From Carcharhinus longimanus (lineage: Eukaryota): 64,000 nt of DNA. Below, one piece after another: positions 1 to 11,511 of the stretch. The stretch covers positions 36,192,071 to 36,256,070 of the forward strand of contig JASCQW010000137.1 of the NCBI GenBank assembly GCA_030264375.1. The letters run 5' to 3'. A program made the position numbers and the translations under genes. Position 1 is the first letter of the stretch. Each line of letters starts with the position of its first letter. Below the pieces are notes generated by a model. It was not told where the DNA came from and did no database searches. It saw only the letters and a list, made by a program, of their open reading frames with translations.

Positions 1-465
1 TCCATCACTTTTACAGATGTATCACAGCTTGGTATGGCTCCTGCTTTGCCCAAGACCACAAGAAACTACAAAATGTTGTGAACGTAGCCCAGTCCATCAC
101 ACAAACCAACCTCCCATCCATTGACTCTGTCTATACTTCCCGCTGCCTCAGAAAAGCAGCTATCATGATTAAGGACCCCACGCACCCTGGACATTCTCTC
201 TCCTTCCATTGCAAAAAAGATAGAAAAGTCTGAAGTCAGCACCAACCAACTCAAGAACAGCTTCTTCCTTGCTGCCATCAGACTTTTGAATGGACCTACC
301 TTGCATTAAGATCTTTCTCTACACCCTATCTATGACTGTAACATTACATTCTGCACCCTCTCCTTTCCTTCTCTAAGAACGGTATGCTTTTCCTGTATGG
401 TGTGCAAGAAATAATATTTTTCACTGCATACTAATACATGTGACAATAATTAATCAAATCAAATC
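1..465 (+). mobile_element. Rex1/Babar-clade non-LTR retrotransposon, 3' fragment
   Basis: Decayed C-terminal ORF (ITAWYGSC..QDHKKLQNVVNVAQSITQT..PSIDSVYTSRC..NQLKNSFFLAAIRLLN), then 3'UTR ending catgtgacaataat..(tcaaa)n. The same family recurs 5 more times in the window. Confidence 0.85.
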
Positions 466-659
466 ACAGTTCATAATACTTCCAAGTCTTGCATCATCTT
501 CAAATTTTGAAACTGTGACTAGGTTATTATATCATTATTATATCATATATATCAGTCAAGAAAAGCAGCGAGCCCTCTATAAACCATCCCCCAGTCAGAA
601 GTAAGCAAAATCTTCTGTAATTCAAGTTTGTAAAAGGCTTGAATTAAATAATTAAACTG

Positions 660-1420
660 CTACATAATGAAATTCTAGCTGTGCTAATGTATCAAAATAC
701 CACATGGTATTAGTGCCCAGTGGCACTAATATTTTTCACTTCAAAGCACAGTTTTACTGACATATGGGAACTAAAATAACTGGTACATAGGAAAAACAAC
801 GTAATTATAGATTTAGGAATGATATGGCCCGGGCAACATATTTCCTCAGAGCTCCTACACCTCAAAATCACCCACCACACTATAGAGATCCATACAAATA
901 AAGCTACACTGAAAATCATCATAGCTGCATTTCCATTAACATGAATGGTGAGATCAAGTTTACTAAATTGATGCTGCAACCAGTTAAACCATTGCAGAAT
1001 GATGCTCGAGGGGTCAGATTCAGTGAAGCATTCAATTGTTCATCAGGTGCCTTAAGGGAACATTTTTTACCCACTTGTTCTTGAAACTTTGCTGAGACCT
1101 TAAACCTCAATTAAGTAATAGCACAAATGTTTTGGCAACCAGATATGTTCTGATTTTATCCTGACTGGTATTATTTTATATACCAATATTTATTGAGCCT
1201 GTGCAATAAACAGCAGAACTAGTCACGAAATATGCTTAGGAATCACAAACAGTTTGGGAGACAGGCTTGTGCATAACAATTCCCTCTTAGAACCAATGTC
1301 TATATTTAAAACAAAGTCATAAAATTAAATCCAAACTCGACTTTCTGTCTGCGAAGGCTGCAATCCATTCCCCATATTATAAAACTGGATGTATTACTCT
1401 GAAACGGGGCTGTTAAGTTT
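660..1420 (+). pseudogene. Endogenous Mononegavirales-like L (RdRp) fragment, CR IV to CR V, with stops and frameshifts
   Basis: The frame from 704 reads VLVPSG-TNIFHFKAQ-FY*HMGTKIT (TGA at 758 is probably CGA/Arg), matching the L motif P..LGG-x9-FYRN(I/L)GDPVT. DPY at 887 and RFSEAFNCSSGALREHFL at 1016 are in the same frame. Then KYA*(W)/HKQFGR/ITIPS at 1228-1287 and LKRG at 1399, in CR V order. Confidence 0.7.
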
Positions 1421-1724
1421 TAGAATCATAGAACCTGCAATACAAAAGGAGGCCATTTGGCCCATTGAGCCAGCACCATCAGCAATCCCACCCAGGTCCT
1501 ATCCCTTTAATCCCACATATTTACTCCCCTAATTCCCCTGACGCCAAGGGGCAATTTATCATGGACAATCCATCAAATCTGCACATCTTTAGGCTGTGGG
1601 AGGAAACGGGAGCACTCGGAGGAAACCCATGCAGGCACGGACAGAATGTGCAAACTCCACACAGTCGCAGAATTGAACCCGGGTCCCTGGCACGGTGGGA
1701 CAGCAATGCTAACCACTGTGCCAC
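1421..1724 (-). mobile_element. tRNA-derived HE1/V-type SINE (CR1-type tail)
   Basis: Reverse strand shows the head gtggcacagtggttagcattgc..ggttcaattc, the core gggtttcctccgagtgctcc, and the tail aatggcctcc..ttctatgattcta. Confidence 0.9.
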
Positions 1725-1726
1725 AG

Positions 1727-2750
1727 TGCATAAATAAACCATTGTTTCATTTTGTGTCAGACCCCAGTTTCTCAGATGTATATCAGACACTGGATGCAGA
1801 GTGCCTACAAAGAAATCCACAATTTATTGCTGAGATGCTGAATTATGGCATTAAGGAGTAAGATGGTGGAAGAAACTGGCCTGGTTTAAAACTATTAGTA
1901 GACACCTGATTTCTAATGATGGGGAAGAGTAAACTTAAAACAGTTCAACTAAAGAGAAAGGACTGACTGATGAGGGTACCAGCAAGGGATTATCATCCAA
2001 AGACAGATGCTTTAAAAGTTATTTTAGCTCTATACTTTCCTGTCCAACAACCAGGCTGGTATACAAATGTGAAATACCACAATTTGCTTGCTTTTAGAGC
2101 TTAATCGCTCAGATAGATCAAAAGGAGGTAGATCTGAGATGTCAAACCTCACAACAGGCCTGGTGGAATGAACGTTGAAAATCTCAAAAGACTTTATGTT
2201 GAGTGACTTGACATTTCTTCTGAAACTTCAGAGTTTCCAGATGTTATGGAAATGATTGTGCTGATATCACAAACTTAAACGCTCAGAAGAATCGGCTAAT
2301 ATTGTGAACAGTGGATTTAGAATGGTTGGTCCTATTTTAGTGAGAACACTGACAAACATTTAGAGGAAAACATCTTGTAGTGGCGGTCCACTTAAATCTG
2401 AGTCAGAGGTGGATTTAGTAAAGCACTGCTCAACTCGAAGGAAAACATTACCATCCTTCAAAACACAATCAAAGGAATGAAGAATAGTGTTTGTATATAC
2501 GAGACATTGATTCTGTAATGCTCTCACCCTTGCTTTGGATTCTCTTTTATGTTCTCTAGAGTTGGACGTTATTGGTCTTCATCTAGATTAATATTGTCAA
2601 GTTGCCATGTTCTACTGTTTGAAGATGATATTGGACTTGTCAAAATTGACATGCTTGAACTATTTGAAGACTGCGTGGATTGCACATTCATGTCCTTCAG
2701 ATCAATATATTTCTTTCTTCTAGATCAATATATGGAAAACTGGGGCTATT
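1727..2750 (+). pseudogene. Continuation of the L-like EVE: methyltransferase / C-terminal region
   Basis: QTLDAE at 1784-1801 followed ~30 codons later (frameshifted) by LAWFKT at 1876-1893 fits the D and second K of the K-D-K-E tetrad. Unique, coding-like decayed sequence continues to ~2750; the right boundary is uncertain. Confidence 0.5.
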
Positions 2751-2807
2751 AATTTTATATGAATGTATACAGTTTTTAAAAATAACACTATAGTTCCATG
2801 GTAGAAC

Positions 2808-4060
2808 AACAACAATAACTTTTATTTATATACACCTTCAATATAATAATAGATCCCTGCAGTAAAGTGCTTCAGAGAAACATTATAAAACAGAATACAA
2901 CAGCAAGCCGTGTAAGGAAATATTAGTCTAGATAACAAAAAACTTGGTCAAAGACATTTGAGGAATGTCTTAAAGGAAGAAAGTGAGGCAGAAATGTGTA
3001 GCAAGGGCATTCCAGAGCTCAGGATCTGGGCATTTAGATGTTCAGCGGAGCAACTAAAACCATGGATATTAAAAGACTAGACTTTGAGGAGCACGGATAT
3101 TTTGGAGAGCTAGGGATTGGAAGAGATTACAAAGACAGGAAGGGGTGAAGCCACAAAGAGATTTGAAAACAAGGATGGGAATTTTAAACCAAGATATTAC
3201 TGGGAATCAATGTAGGTCAGCATGGGGTGATACTGAAACTGGACGTGATCGAAATTAACACATGGGCAACAGAGTTCTGACAGAAGTTTAAGGAGGGTAT
3301 GTGAGAGACCAACCAGGAGGATGTTCAGATAGTCAAGACCAGAAGTACTGAAGGAAAGAATGGGAATTTTGGCAGCAGATGAACTATGATAGGGGCAAAA
3401 TCAGGCAATGTTATAAAAGTGGAAATACATTACCTTAGGGCACAATCTTGTGAAAAAAGTTAGTGCTAAATGTGAGAGAATCATACCTTTTCTCTTGGTG
3501 ATCCGCAAGTTGCCATCTTATGGCACTTTGTGCAAAAAAAGAACCCAGATGCAATTCTCGCCACTAGGGGAAGGGGGGACAGAGCCTAAGCTCAACGGTG
3601 AAGGTGGCTGCAGAACATTTGGGGTGCCATTGGGCAGACACCCTGATTGCCCAGTGTGGTGGGAGATCTCCTAACACCCCTCCCACACCCACCCTATGAA
3701 CATTGGGACCCCTTCTCCTCCCCTCCCGCTGATCACTCCCTGCACCGATCCCTCCCCTCACCACGTCATTAATATTCAAATTTCAGCAGCAAAACAGGGC
3801 TGCTAAGATTGAATTAGGCAAGAAAGTGGGCGCCTCTCACCCAAATTTACTACCTCACCTTGCCAAACAATGGGCAGGACGAGGTTGTAAAATCACGGCC
3901 TTAATGTTGGTGTGAATGTGAAATCAAAAATAATCTCAGAGTTACACATCACACCGAAGTTACAAACAGATTGGCTCAATGAAATACCATAGCTTCAGAA
4001 TGGAGTTTGGAGTGGAGATTGAAAACAATGGCTCCATATTACAAGTATATAAATGAAGCA
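2808..4060 (-). mobile_element. L2 LINE 3' fragment, interrupted by a non-autonomous DNA element
   Basis: Reverse L2 tail (caacaataactttatttatata..cttggtcaaag..gtcttaaaggaagaaag..ttccagagctcagg), similar to 63735-64000. Confidence 0.7.
3445..3900. mobile_element. Non-autonomous Harbinger-like DNA element
   Basis: Ends gggcacaatctt.. and ..gtaaaatcacggcc resemble the gggc..attttac-type termini of the window's MITEs; GC-rich interior. Confidence 0.45.
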
Positions 4061-4432
4061 TTGCAGTAAGTTCCTGGATAGGGTGTGTAGTTATGGGTCA
4101 AAAGCCTATGCAGAACCAAGACTATAAACTGAAGATGGAGCTTTATGAAAACTAAGGCTGTATTTAGACACTTGAGGGGCTGTACAGGCCTGAGTGCAGT
4201 TTTCCTGCTCTGTTTGGTTGGGAATTAGAAAATGGGAAACTGGCAGATTTGAATTAAAGAAACTGATACACGATTGCTGCTTTATGCAATATCCTATTTC
4301 TTTAGGGAACTGGCATACCTGCTGTATGAATGGCTTCTTGATTTAAGCCAGCACATAGTCACCCTACATTGTTTGCAAGTAATGGCAGTTTAAATGTACT
4401 AATCTCTCTGAGTGAAATTATTTTCATGCAGT

Positions 4433-4685
4433 ATGATTTGATTTGATTTCATTTATTGTTGTCACATGTATTGGTATGCAGTGAAAAGTATTGTCTCTTG
4501 TGCACTATACAGGCAAAGTATAATGTACATAGAGAGGGAAAGGAGAGAGTGCAGAATGTAGTGTTACAGTCATAGCTAGGGTGTAGAGAAAGATAAACTT
4601 AATGCAAGGTCAGTCCAGTCAAAAGTCTGATGGCAGCAGGGAAGAAGCTATTCTTGAGCCTGTTGGTGCGTGTCCTCAGACTATT
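4433..4685 (-). mobile_element. Rex1/Babar LINE 3' end
   Basis: (tttga)n tail, ttgtcacatgtattgg..gtctgatggcagcagggaagaagc; reverse complement of 240-465. Confidence 0.85.
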
Positions 4686-5094
4686 GTGTTGTACCCTTAC
4701 CACTGAACTAAATATGCGTGTGGTTTTTCTGCAATTGTAAAACAGAATACTTTTACACTCCTAAAAAGCTTTTGGGAGCTGGCACAGTGTACTCTGACAA
4801 TGAGCTTTTTGCTTGCCGCGGAAGTAAATAAAAGTGTTTGATTTCATACAATGAAACAGCCTGCAGCAACGCATGTTGCAATCGTGATCAAAGCACTTCC
4901 GAATTGACCTCCATTTTGAAATGAAGTGAATTTGAGTTACTGAGATGAGCGGCAGGTAACAGGAAGAACAAGTTTACAACAAAAAGAGAAACAAAGTTGC
5001 GGTTTTCAGAAATTCCTGAGGTAGTAATTTGGATTATGACTATCTTTGGAATTTCACATTTCTCTCATTCTTTCAACTTGGACATTAGTAGAAG

Positions 5095-5403
5095 ATTTTT
5101 CGCTTGGTGGAGAATTGTTTTCCTTGGCGGAGAATTCTAGCACCAGCGTATATAGATTAAAGATAAGTCGCAGTAGGTGTAGAGGGGACATGAGGAAGAA
5201 CTTTATTATGCAAAGAGTGGTGGGTGTCTGGAATTTGCTGCCTGAGTTGGTGGTGAAGGCAGAGACCCTCAGGCCTCTAGATCTGCACCTTAAGTCGCAG
5301 GATGCAGAAAGGTGATTAGAAAGGGACATCTCAATGTCTTCAGCTGGCATGGACAAGATGGGCAGAATGGCTTCCTTCTGTTGGAACTTTTCTACAGTTC
5401 TAT
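5095..5403 (+). mobile_element. CR1 LINE 3' end
   Basis: LFSLAE..S..YRLKI...RGDMRKNFIMQRVVGVWNLLP, then a CR1 3'UTR gatgggcagaatggcttccttctg. Confidence 0.85.
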
Positions 5404-6612
5404 ATCAGGACTCCACAAAGCAAACATGCCCACTAGAGTTTTTTGGCATTTTTAAATTCAAACTTAATGCAATAAAAATATGGACTGAAGAATGGGAAAT
5501 GGAGATGGGGTTATGGAAGTTCCTTAAGGTATGTGTGTGGCATAGCAGCCATTTCTGGCCTGGCCCTTGCAGTGCTCCATCTTGAGAAAGGCACTTGCGT
5601 GAGTATTCCCTGGATGTTTTGGAAGCTTCTGACCTCTTCCTAGCAAGACGTCAGAAGGCCTTACCGGCTGATGTGATGACAAGTAGCCAAATTTAGACCA
5701 GTGATAGTTCAGTAGAATTTCGATGCTCACCAAACTTTTGATCAGCTGGTCATCAATTTCACTTCACTATCTTCAAAGGATGGAGTGAATTTTGTCATAG
5801 TCTCCCAGAGATGAACTGGGAATGAGAGATAAGGACTGCACTGCACTGTGACAGCAGCCTGTCAAAGAATGTTTTTGGTTGCAGTAAATAAGTATTACAC
5901 GACATCCAGATGTGGCTTAGCAGCTAAAATATTTCACTGTGCTTTCATTTACTTTTCTTTATCATATGTGGAGCTTGGCTCCAGATTTCTTTTAATGTTA
6001 AGGATTGTTTATCCTGTACAATTTTCTACTTACGTTTGATGTGAGTATATCTTGTGTCCGACAGGGTCTGGAGCCATGTCCTTAGTTTTCTGCCCTGCCA
6101 CAGGGCTCTGATGTCCATCTGCTCAAAGTCTCTCACCTGATGAGCAGTGTCAATTTGCCAGATGTGCCTATTGGTCAGTGTACTGGACAACACCGATTTA
6201 GATTTACCCCAATCATTGAATTCAGTATTCAATACCCAATCATAGAATTCACCCATTACACATTCAGCTGTGCGAATGATCGGGCACCAAGCTTACAGTT
6301 AATGTGATTTGGAATAACTTCTGTAACTGCAAAGTGCCCAGAAGTACTTTACATTGTGGAAGTGATGTGGTGAGTTTGTGGATTTGGCAGGGATTGCAAC
6401 CGGTAGGGGTTGCCATGTGAAAATCTATGTACTGACCTTGACCACTTATGTGAAGTGCTTAGACTTCTTTTGGCAATGCCAGAGGTCTTTGTGCCTGGAG
6501 ATTGGGAATTGACCATCCTCGCTACCTAATCTTTCTTAGGATTATTCCTTGGGCCCTTTCAGGCTTCATGAAACCATAACATCTCTCCTACTCTCCACCT
6601 CTACCACGGAAG

Positions 6613-6910
6613 TTAAAGTTTTTTATTTAGTGTCACAAGTAGGCTTACATTAGCACTGCAATGAAGTTATTGTGAAAATCCTCTAGTCACCACACTCTGG
6701 CACCTGTTTGGATACACCGAGGGAGAATTTAGCACGGCCAATGCACCTAACCAGCACATCTTTTGGACTTTGGGAGGAAACTGGAACACCCTGAGGAAAC
6801 CCACATGGAGAGAATGTGTGGATTCCACACGGGCAGTGACCCAAGCCAGGTATTGAACCCGGGCGCATAGTGTTGTGAGGCAGCAGTGCTATCCACTGTG
6901 CCGCCATGCT
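6613..6910 (-). mobile_element. tRNA-derived SINE, alternative-tail subfamily
   Basis: Same head and core as the 1421 SINE, but the tail is ttttcacaataacttcattgcagtgctaatgtaagcctacttgtgacactaaataaa. Confidence 0.9.
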
Positions 6911-7283
6911 ACCCTAGCACATATCCATGAACTTGGAGCACTCTGTCCCGATAATTCCATCATCCTTGTTCAGAATTGCAAACAATTGCTTTCAGTGCAA
7001 CTTCCCTTTAAGAAAGATTGATTTCCTTTAAGAATAGAAGGCTGGCTACACATTAGCGCTGCTGCTCAGCTCCTTGCTGAATGCAGAGACAGCCATTAAT
7101 ATGGCAAATGTTTAGCCAATGTCACAATCGGGTAAATGAGGTTGGAACATTAGATCTGCTGTCTTCCTCCAAAAGAACTCTTGCGGGCAGTTGAAAATAC
7201 TAATCTCATACCCGAAAAACAGCGTGGATTGATTATTTTATTCAAAATGTTTTTGCGGTGCACTTTCAAACCCAAGATTGATG

Positions 7284-7606
7284 AATCATAGAATCACAGA
7301 ATCCCCACAGTAGAGAAGGAGGCCATTAGCCTATTGAGCCTGCACTGACAACAATCCCATCCTATCCCTGTAACCCCATATATTTACCTTGCTAATCCTC
7401 CCGAAACCAGGACATATTTAGCATAGCCAATCAACCTAACCCACACACGTTTGGACTGTGGGAGGAAACTGGAGCACCTAGAGGAAACCCAACAGACAGG
7501 GGGAGAACATGCAGACTCCGCACATACAATGATCCAAGCCGCATATTGAATCCAGGTCCCTGGCGCTGGGAGGTAGCTGGGCTAACCACTGTGCCACCAT
7601 GCTGCC
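7284..7606 (-). mobile_element. tRNA-derived SINE (CR1-type tail)
   Basis: Full head, core and tail on the reverse strand. Confidence 0.9.
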
Positions 7607-8074
7607 TACATAAAATGGATTTAAAAATAAACAAGTTCATGTAAACTGATTTTAGGACTAGTAACATTTTTAGAAAAAGAAAAACTTCCTTGAAGTCAAA
7701 GGTATAATTGAATTTATTTATTGATGGGAAAGCGTGAGTTTGAGATTGAAATAATATTGCTCAATGTTGAAGTTATGTTCACCAAACATTACCTGACCCC
7801 AATATCTTTGTACAAATTGATAGTCTTTGATTAATAAGTAGCAAATGAAGATTCAGGAAATTATTGTGTTCAGAAATTTGGCAAATATTTTGATTACCAC
7901 AGCTACAGTTTGTTGCCACATCATTGCAATACTCATGTAACTAATAACTAAGGGGTAACTAGAACTGCTAAGTTTGAACTTGTAATATGGCAGCAAGCTT
8001 TGTGAACTGAATCCTCCTTAGCCAAGCAAATGCTAGTTTTAGACAGAGACTAAAAATAGAGAGAAAATCCACAC

Positions 8075-8762
8075 CCACCTTCTCAACACCCCCTGCACCT
8101 CCATATACCCCAAAGTTGATGAAGTGGAAATGGTCAAGAGCTTCAACTTTTTAGGTGTCCAGATCACCAACAATATGCCCTGGTCCCCCATGCCGACACT
8201 ATAGTTAAGAAAGCCCAGCAACGCCTTTACTTTCTCAGAAGGCTAAGGAATTTGGCATGTCCACCACAAATCTCACCATTTTTACACATGCCCCATAGAA
8301 AGCATTCTTTCTGGATACCTTGGTATGGTTCCTGCTCTTCACAAGACTGCAAGAAACTACAAAAGTTCACAAATACAGTCCAGTCCATCAGGCAGATCAG
8401 CCTCCCATCCTTTGACTCCATCTCTACTTCCCCGTACCTCAGGAAAACAACCAGCATAATCTAGGATGCCATGACCCCTGACATTCTCTCTTCCACCTTC
8501 TTCCATCAGGAAAAAGATACAAAAGGCTGAGATCAAGTACCAGTTTACTCAAGAACAGTTTCTTCCCTGCTGTCATCAGGCTTNNNNNNNNNNNNNNNNN
8601 NNNNNNNCTATCTGTGACCGTAACACTATATTCTGCACCCTCTCCTTTCCCTTTTCCCCATGTACTCTATGAAATGTATGTTTTGTCTGTATAGTGTGCA
8701 AGAAATAATACTTTTTACTATATGCCAATACATGTGACAACAATAAATCAACCCAATTCAAT
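8075..8762 (+). mobile_element. Rex1/Babar LINE 3' fragment
   Basis: VEMVKSFNFLGVQITN..KKAQQRLYFLRRLRNL..WYGSCSSQDCKKLQK; ends at the tcaa tail; spans a small N gap. Confidence 0.85.
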
Positions 8763-9379
8763 ACAAAATCCCATGTAAAGTTTGTGGGGAGGCACATAAT
8801 TTATTGACCAACCATTGTATCATGCAAGCTTATATCCTAATTGCCCATCCCCTGTTTCACTGTAACCCTAAATTCATCCTGGTTCTGAAAATTGCCTCCA
8901 ACTTCAGGATATCTCCCATAGATTCAATCCAGTAACAACAAGAACAGCTTGAACAGATTGTGTTAGTCTTTACTCGGTCATGGATACCACATTATCATTT
9001 GGAGCTTTGTAGTAGCTTTGCAAGAGTTGAAAGATCGCTAACTCCAGGGAATGCAAGATAATAAATAGCATTTATGCAGCACCTTTCATGTGAAGTGCCT
9101 CAAAATTGCTTTGCACAATGAAATACTTTATGAAGTGCCACAATTATGCATTTGATAATTTAGGAAATTTTATAGGAACCAAATGTTTTCCACCTTTTGC
9201 AATCAGATAGGCCAAGGTTTTTAACCACAAGTGGGATAGGACAAGCTTTCTGAGCAATTCTATCATGATTAGACAGCATAGTTTTTTAAAAATTATCAGG
9301 AACATTTAGCACTTACTCACAATGAGCACATTATCTCATGATTTATCAATTTATTGCACTGCTTGCGAACAATACAACA

Positions 9380-10900
9380 AGGGCAGCAATTCACCCAATT
9401 CGGCTCACGTCAAGAGGAAAACCACAGTCTTTCCCTTTGAGCAACATTCAACCGGCCTCATTCAAGTCTATTCTAATGGGCCAGCCCCCTGCACCTCCCC
9501 ACAGGAATCTCACAGATGCTTATGTGGTGCTTGATTTGCTGGAGTCAGAAATTGGCATTCAGGCCTAACAAGCGGGAGCAGCATTTCATTACTCCCTACA
9601 GCACCCAACCTCATTCCAGCCAGCAACGTGGCTGCCAGCAGAGCTGCCCCAAGATTCTTGGACACTGATTTTGACCAGATGTTGGTGCTGTGGATGAGAG
9701 GAGGGCCACCCTCTTTCCTGAGGTTAGCAGCCTATGTTGGAGCAGGAGCCTGGGATGTGGTATCAGAGGCAGTCAGCTCCAGCAGCATCACCAGGAGGTG
9801 CGCACTTCAATGCCACAAGAAGGTGAATGACCTCCTTCATGCTGCAAGGGTGAGTACCCAGCTGCCTGCCCCTGGCATCACTCCCGTCCCTGATCTCTAG
9901 CATTTCACCTTAACCCTTTACAACATTCAAACGTCCAAACTACCCTACACCCCCTCAGACCCCTCCCCAGCAATCCCCGTCACAAACTCTGATAGGCTAG
10001 GCACAGTGCCCAAACGTGCCACCAGTTGTCACCTCTCCCTCCATAACCACCACGTCACTGTCTCTGTAGGACAAGTTTGCCCACAACAGAAGGGAGTGGC
10101 ACAGGATGGATGGGGAATACAGAGCTACACGTCCTCATCCTCTATGAGGAGAGGGCACTGGAAATACTAGGGAGGGGGGAGGGAGGGGGAGCTAGAGTGA
10201 GCAGTGGCAGAATCCAAGGTTGGGATGTCCCAAGGAAGTGGGAGTCCAATGCACCTTTATCCACATGATCCACTCAAGTGAGCCTATCATTTCTCACACC
10301 CTTGATATTCCCAAAAGCTGAGCCCATGTCCTCTCTCTTCCAGGATCTCCATCAGATGAGGCCAGGCCAACCGGAGTCGTTGCCCCCTGAACCCCCACCC
10401 TGTCCAATCTATCAGAGCACCCAGGACCACAGTTACAGGAAAGACACCGACTTGTCATCACTGCTTTCACCAGCCCAGAGACACATACCTTGGTGGATCA
10501 TGATAGCGGACAAGCTACTGAGGCACTCTCTGGTTACCACCACACAGCTCCTGTTGCACAGGTAGGAACATCCAAGCAAGCTGGCATTGGAGGTTGCTGT
10601 CTTCCAGAAAACAGCTGCCCCCTTGCCAGATGCCAGACCTTTGGAAGAGGTCATCCTATCACAGCATAAGATGCCAAAGCATAGTCAGGCTTTACACAAG
10701 CTACATTCCAGAAACTGCTGGGCCACCAGGTGGAGTCCATGAGCCCTTCTTTACTAGGAGATGGTGCCAGCATTGTATGGTACGCAGACCAACACTACAA
10801 GGATGGTGCCCACAGTGGAAAGCCTGAGACAAGAGACCCGAGCTATATCTGACAACATCCAAGGTTGTTGTAATATCGCACAGCACCAGGGCACAGTCAC
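9380..10900 (+). mobile_element. PIF/Harbinger remnant carrying a decayed, intron-containing Myb/SANT-like gene
   Basis: 9628-9850 reads AAPRFLDTD..AWDVVSEAVSSSSITRRCALQCHKKVNDLLHAAR, then donor gtgagt (~9849). After acceptor tctgtag (~10069): DKFAHNRRE..LYEERALEI. A further acceptor cttccag lies at ~10343. Left end gggcagcaattc is TIR-like. Confidence 0.75.
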
Positions 10901-10904
10901 AAGA

Positions 10905-11511
10905 ACAGGTGGACATTAACAACTGCCCATGTCCCTCCACAGAGAGGTTATAATTAAGAAAGCCCACCAATGCTCTACTTTCTCAAGAGGTCAAGGCAAT
11001 TTAACACGTCCACTATGACTCTCACCAATTTTTACAGATGCACCATATAAAGCATCCTTTCAAATGTATCACAGCTTGGTATGGCTCCTGCTCCGAACAA
11101 GGCCACAAGAAACTACAAAAAGTTGTGAACGTAGCCTAGTCCATCACACAAACCAACCTTTCATCCATTGACACTGTCTACACTTCCCACTGCCTTGGAA
11201 AAGCAGCCAGCATAACAAAGACCCCATGGACTCCGGACATACTCTCTTCCACCTTCTTTCATTGGGAAAAAGATACAAAAGTCTGAGATCCCATACCAAC
11301 CGACTCAAGAACAGCTTTTTCTCTGCTGCCATCAGACTTTTAATGGACTTCCTTATATGAAGTTGATCTTTCTCTACATCCTAGCTATGACCATAACATT
11401 ATATTCTCCTTTCCTTCTCCACTATGTACTCTGCTCTGTCTGTATAGCGCACAGGGGACAATACTTTTCACTGCATGCCAATACATGTGACATTAATAAA
11501 TCAAATCAAAT
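10905..11511 (+). mobile_element. Rex1/Babar LINE 3' fragment
   Basis: aagaaagcccacca..ttttacagatgcaccata..ctgccatcagacttt..taaatcaaatcaaa. Confidence 0.85.

Noticed and set aside
1760-1860. DPSF..TLDA read as a Crypton/DUF3504 recombinase
   Set aside because: No downstream G.RG..EH or R-H-R-Y motifs; the upstream context favours a viral L methyltransferase.
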